The notes below the pieces were generated by a model that worked only from the letters and a program-made list of their open reading frames with translations, was not told the origin of the DNA and made no database searches. A DNA stretch of 63,643 nucleotides, filler included, from Reclinomonas americana ATCC 50394 (Eukaryota): assembly GCA_048213135.1 (NCBI GenBank). It is 10 parts of 10 records of this genome, joined end to end, with 100 filler letters (N's around TTAATTAATTAA, not from the genome) between each part and the next. Parts side by side here need not be neighbours in the genome. Positions count along the whole stretch, not along the records: positions 62,033 to 63,643 come from AFZH01020203.1; 9 more parts are not named here. One strand, 5' to 3'. The translations under genes and the position numbers were made by a program. Positions 63,284-63,643 of this stretch are shown in pieces. Each line of letters opens with the position of its first letter. Positions within the stretch are counted from its first letter, which is position 1.

Positions 63284-63643
63284 GTGCGGTGATCGGCGTT
63301 GTTTGCCCCTCTCTGTCTCTGCACTCTCGTCTTTCTTTCAGTTGCATTCTTTACACTTTTCCCCCCTTCTCTTGCCTATCTCTCTCTATCTCTTTCGCTC
63401 TCGTCACTTCCCTCTGTGTTTCATTTACAATCTTTTTTGTGCTCTCTTCCTACACTTTTCCCGCATTCTCTCTCTCACTCGGTCTCGTCGTTTCCCTCAT
63501 TCTCTCGGTCTCTTCTTTTGTGTGCTCTCTTTCTTCACACTTTTTCTTCTCCCTGCTTCTTCGATTACTTCTTGCACCTTCGGAGAAATGCGAGCACGCA
63601 GGGGAAAATTCGAGGCTCTCTCTCTCTCTCTCTCTCTCTCTCT

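Overview
Intron-rich eukaryotic (protist-like, probably flagellated) genomic scaffold read in the standard genetic code. Nine artificial 100-nt gap spacers (44N-TTAATTAATTAA-44N) interrupt it. Most ORF-track entries are microsatellite or antisense noise, so the genes below were spliced by eye using GT..AG introns. Conserved genes: the 3' end of a C2-domain protein, a FAM194/C3orf20-like protein, mitoribosomal mL53, an LRR/LRRcap protein, a LigB/DODA dioxygenase, SMC3 and TBCD. Accessory-looking genes: an atypical acylated Ras-like GTPase with a PH-like tail, a bacterial-type serine beta-lactamase/esterase with a polyQ/polyP extension, a cadherin-like single-pass receptor with a triplicated cytoplasmic module, and a STAND-NTPase/TPR (NLR-like) protein ending in a CaaX box. 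The most notable feature is a ~20-kb gene (24386-44042, minus) for a giant, putatively N-myristoylated protein: long helical region, AAA+ module, GATase-like domain, then a C-terminal vWA/MIDAS domain. It lies tail-to-tail, 126 bp away, with a putatively N-myristoylated RBR E3 ligase. The pair is a candidate membrane-anchored ATPase/ubiquitin (RNF213-like) defence or quality-control system. All calls are pattern recognition; no database searches were run.
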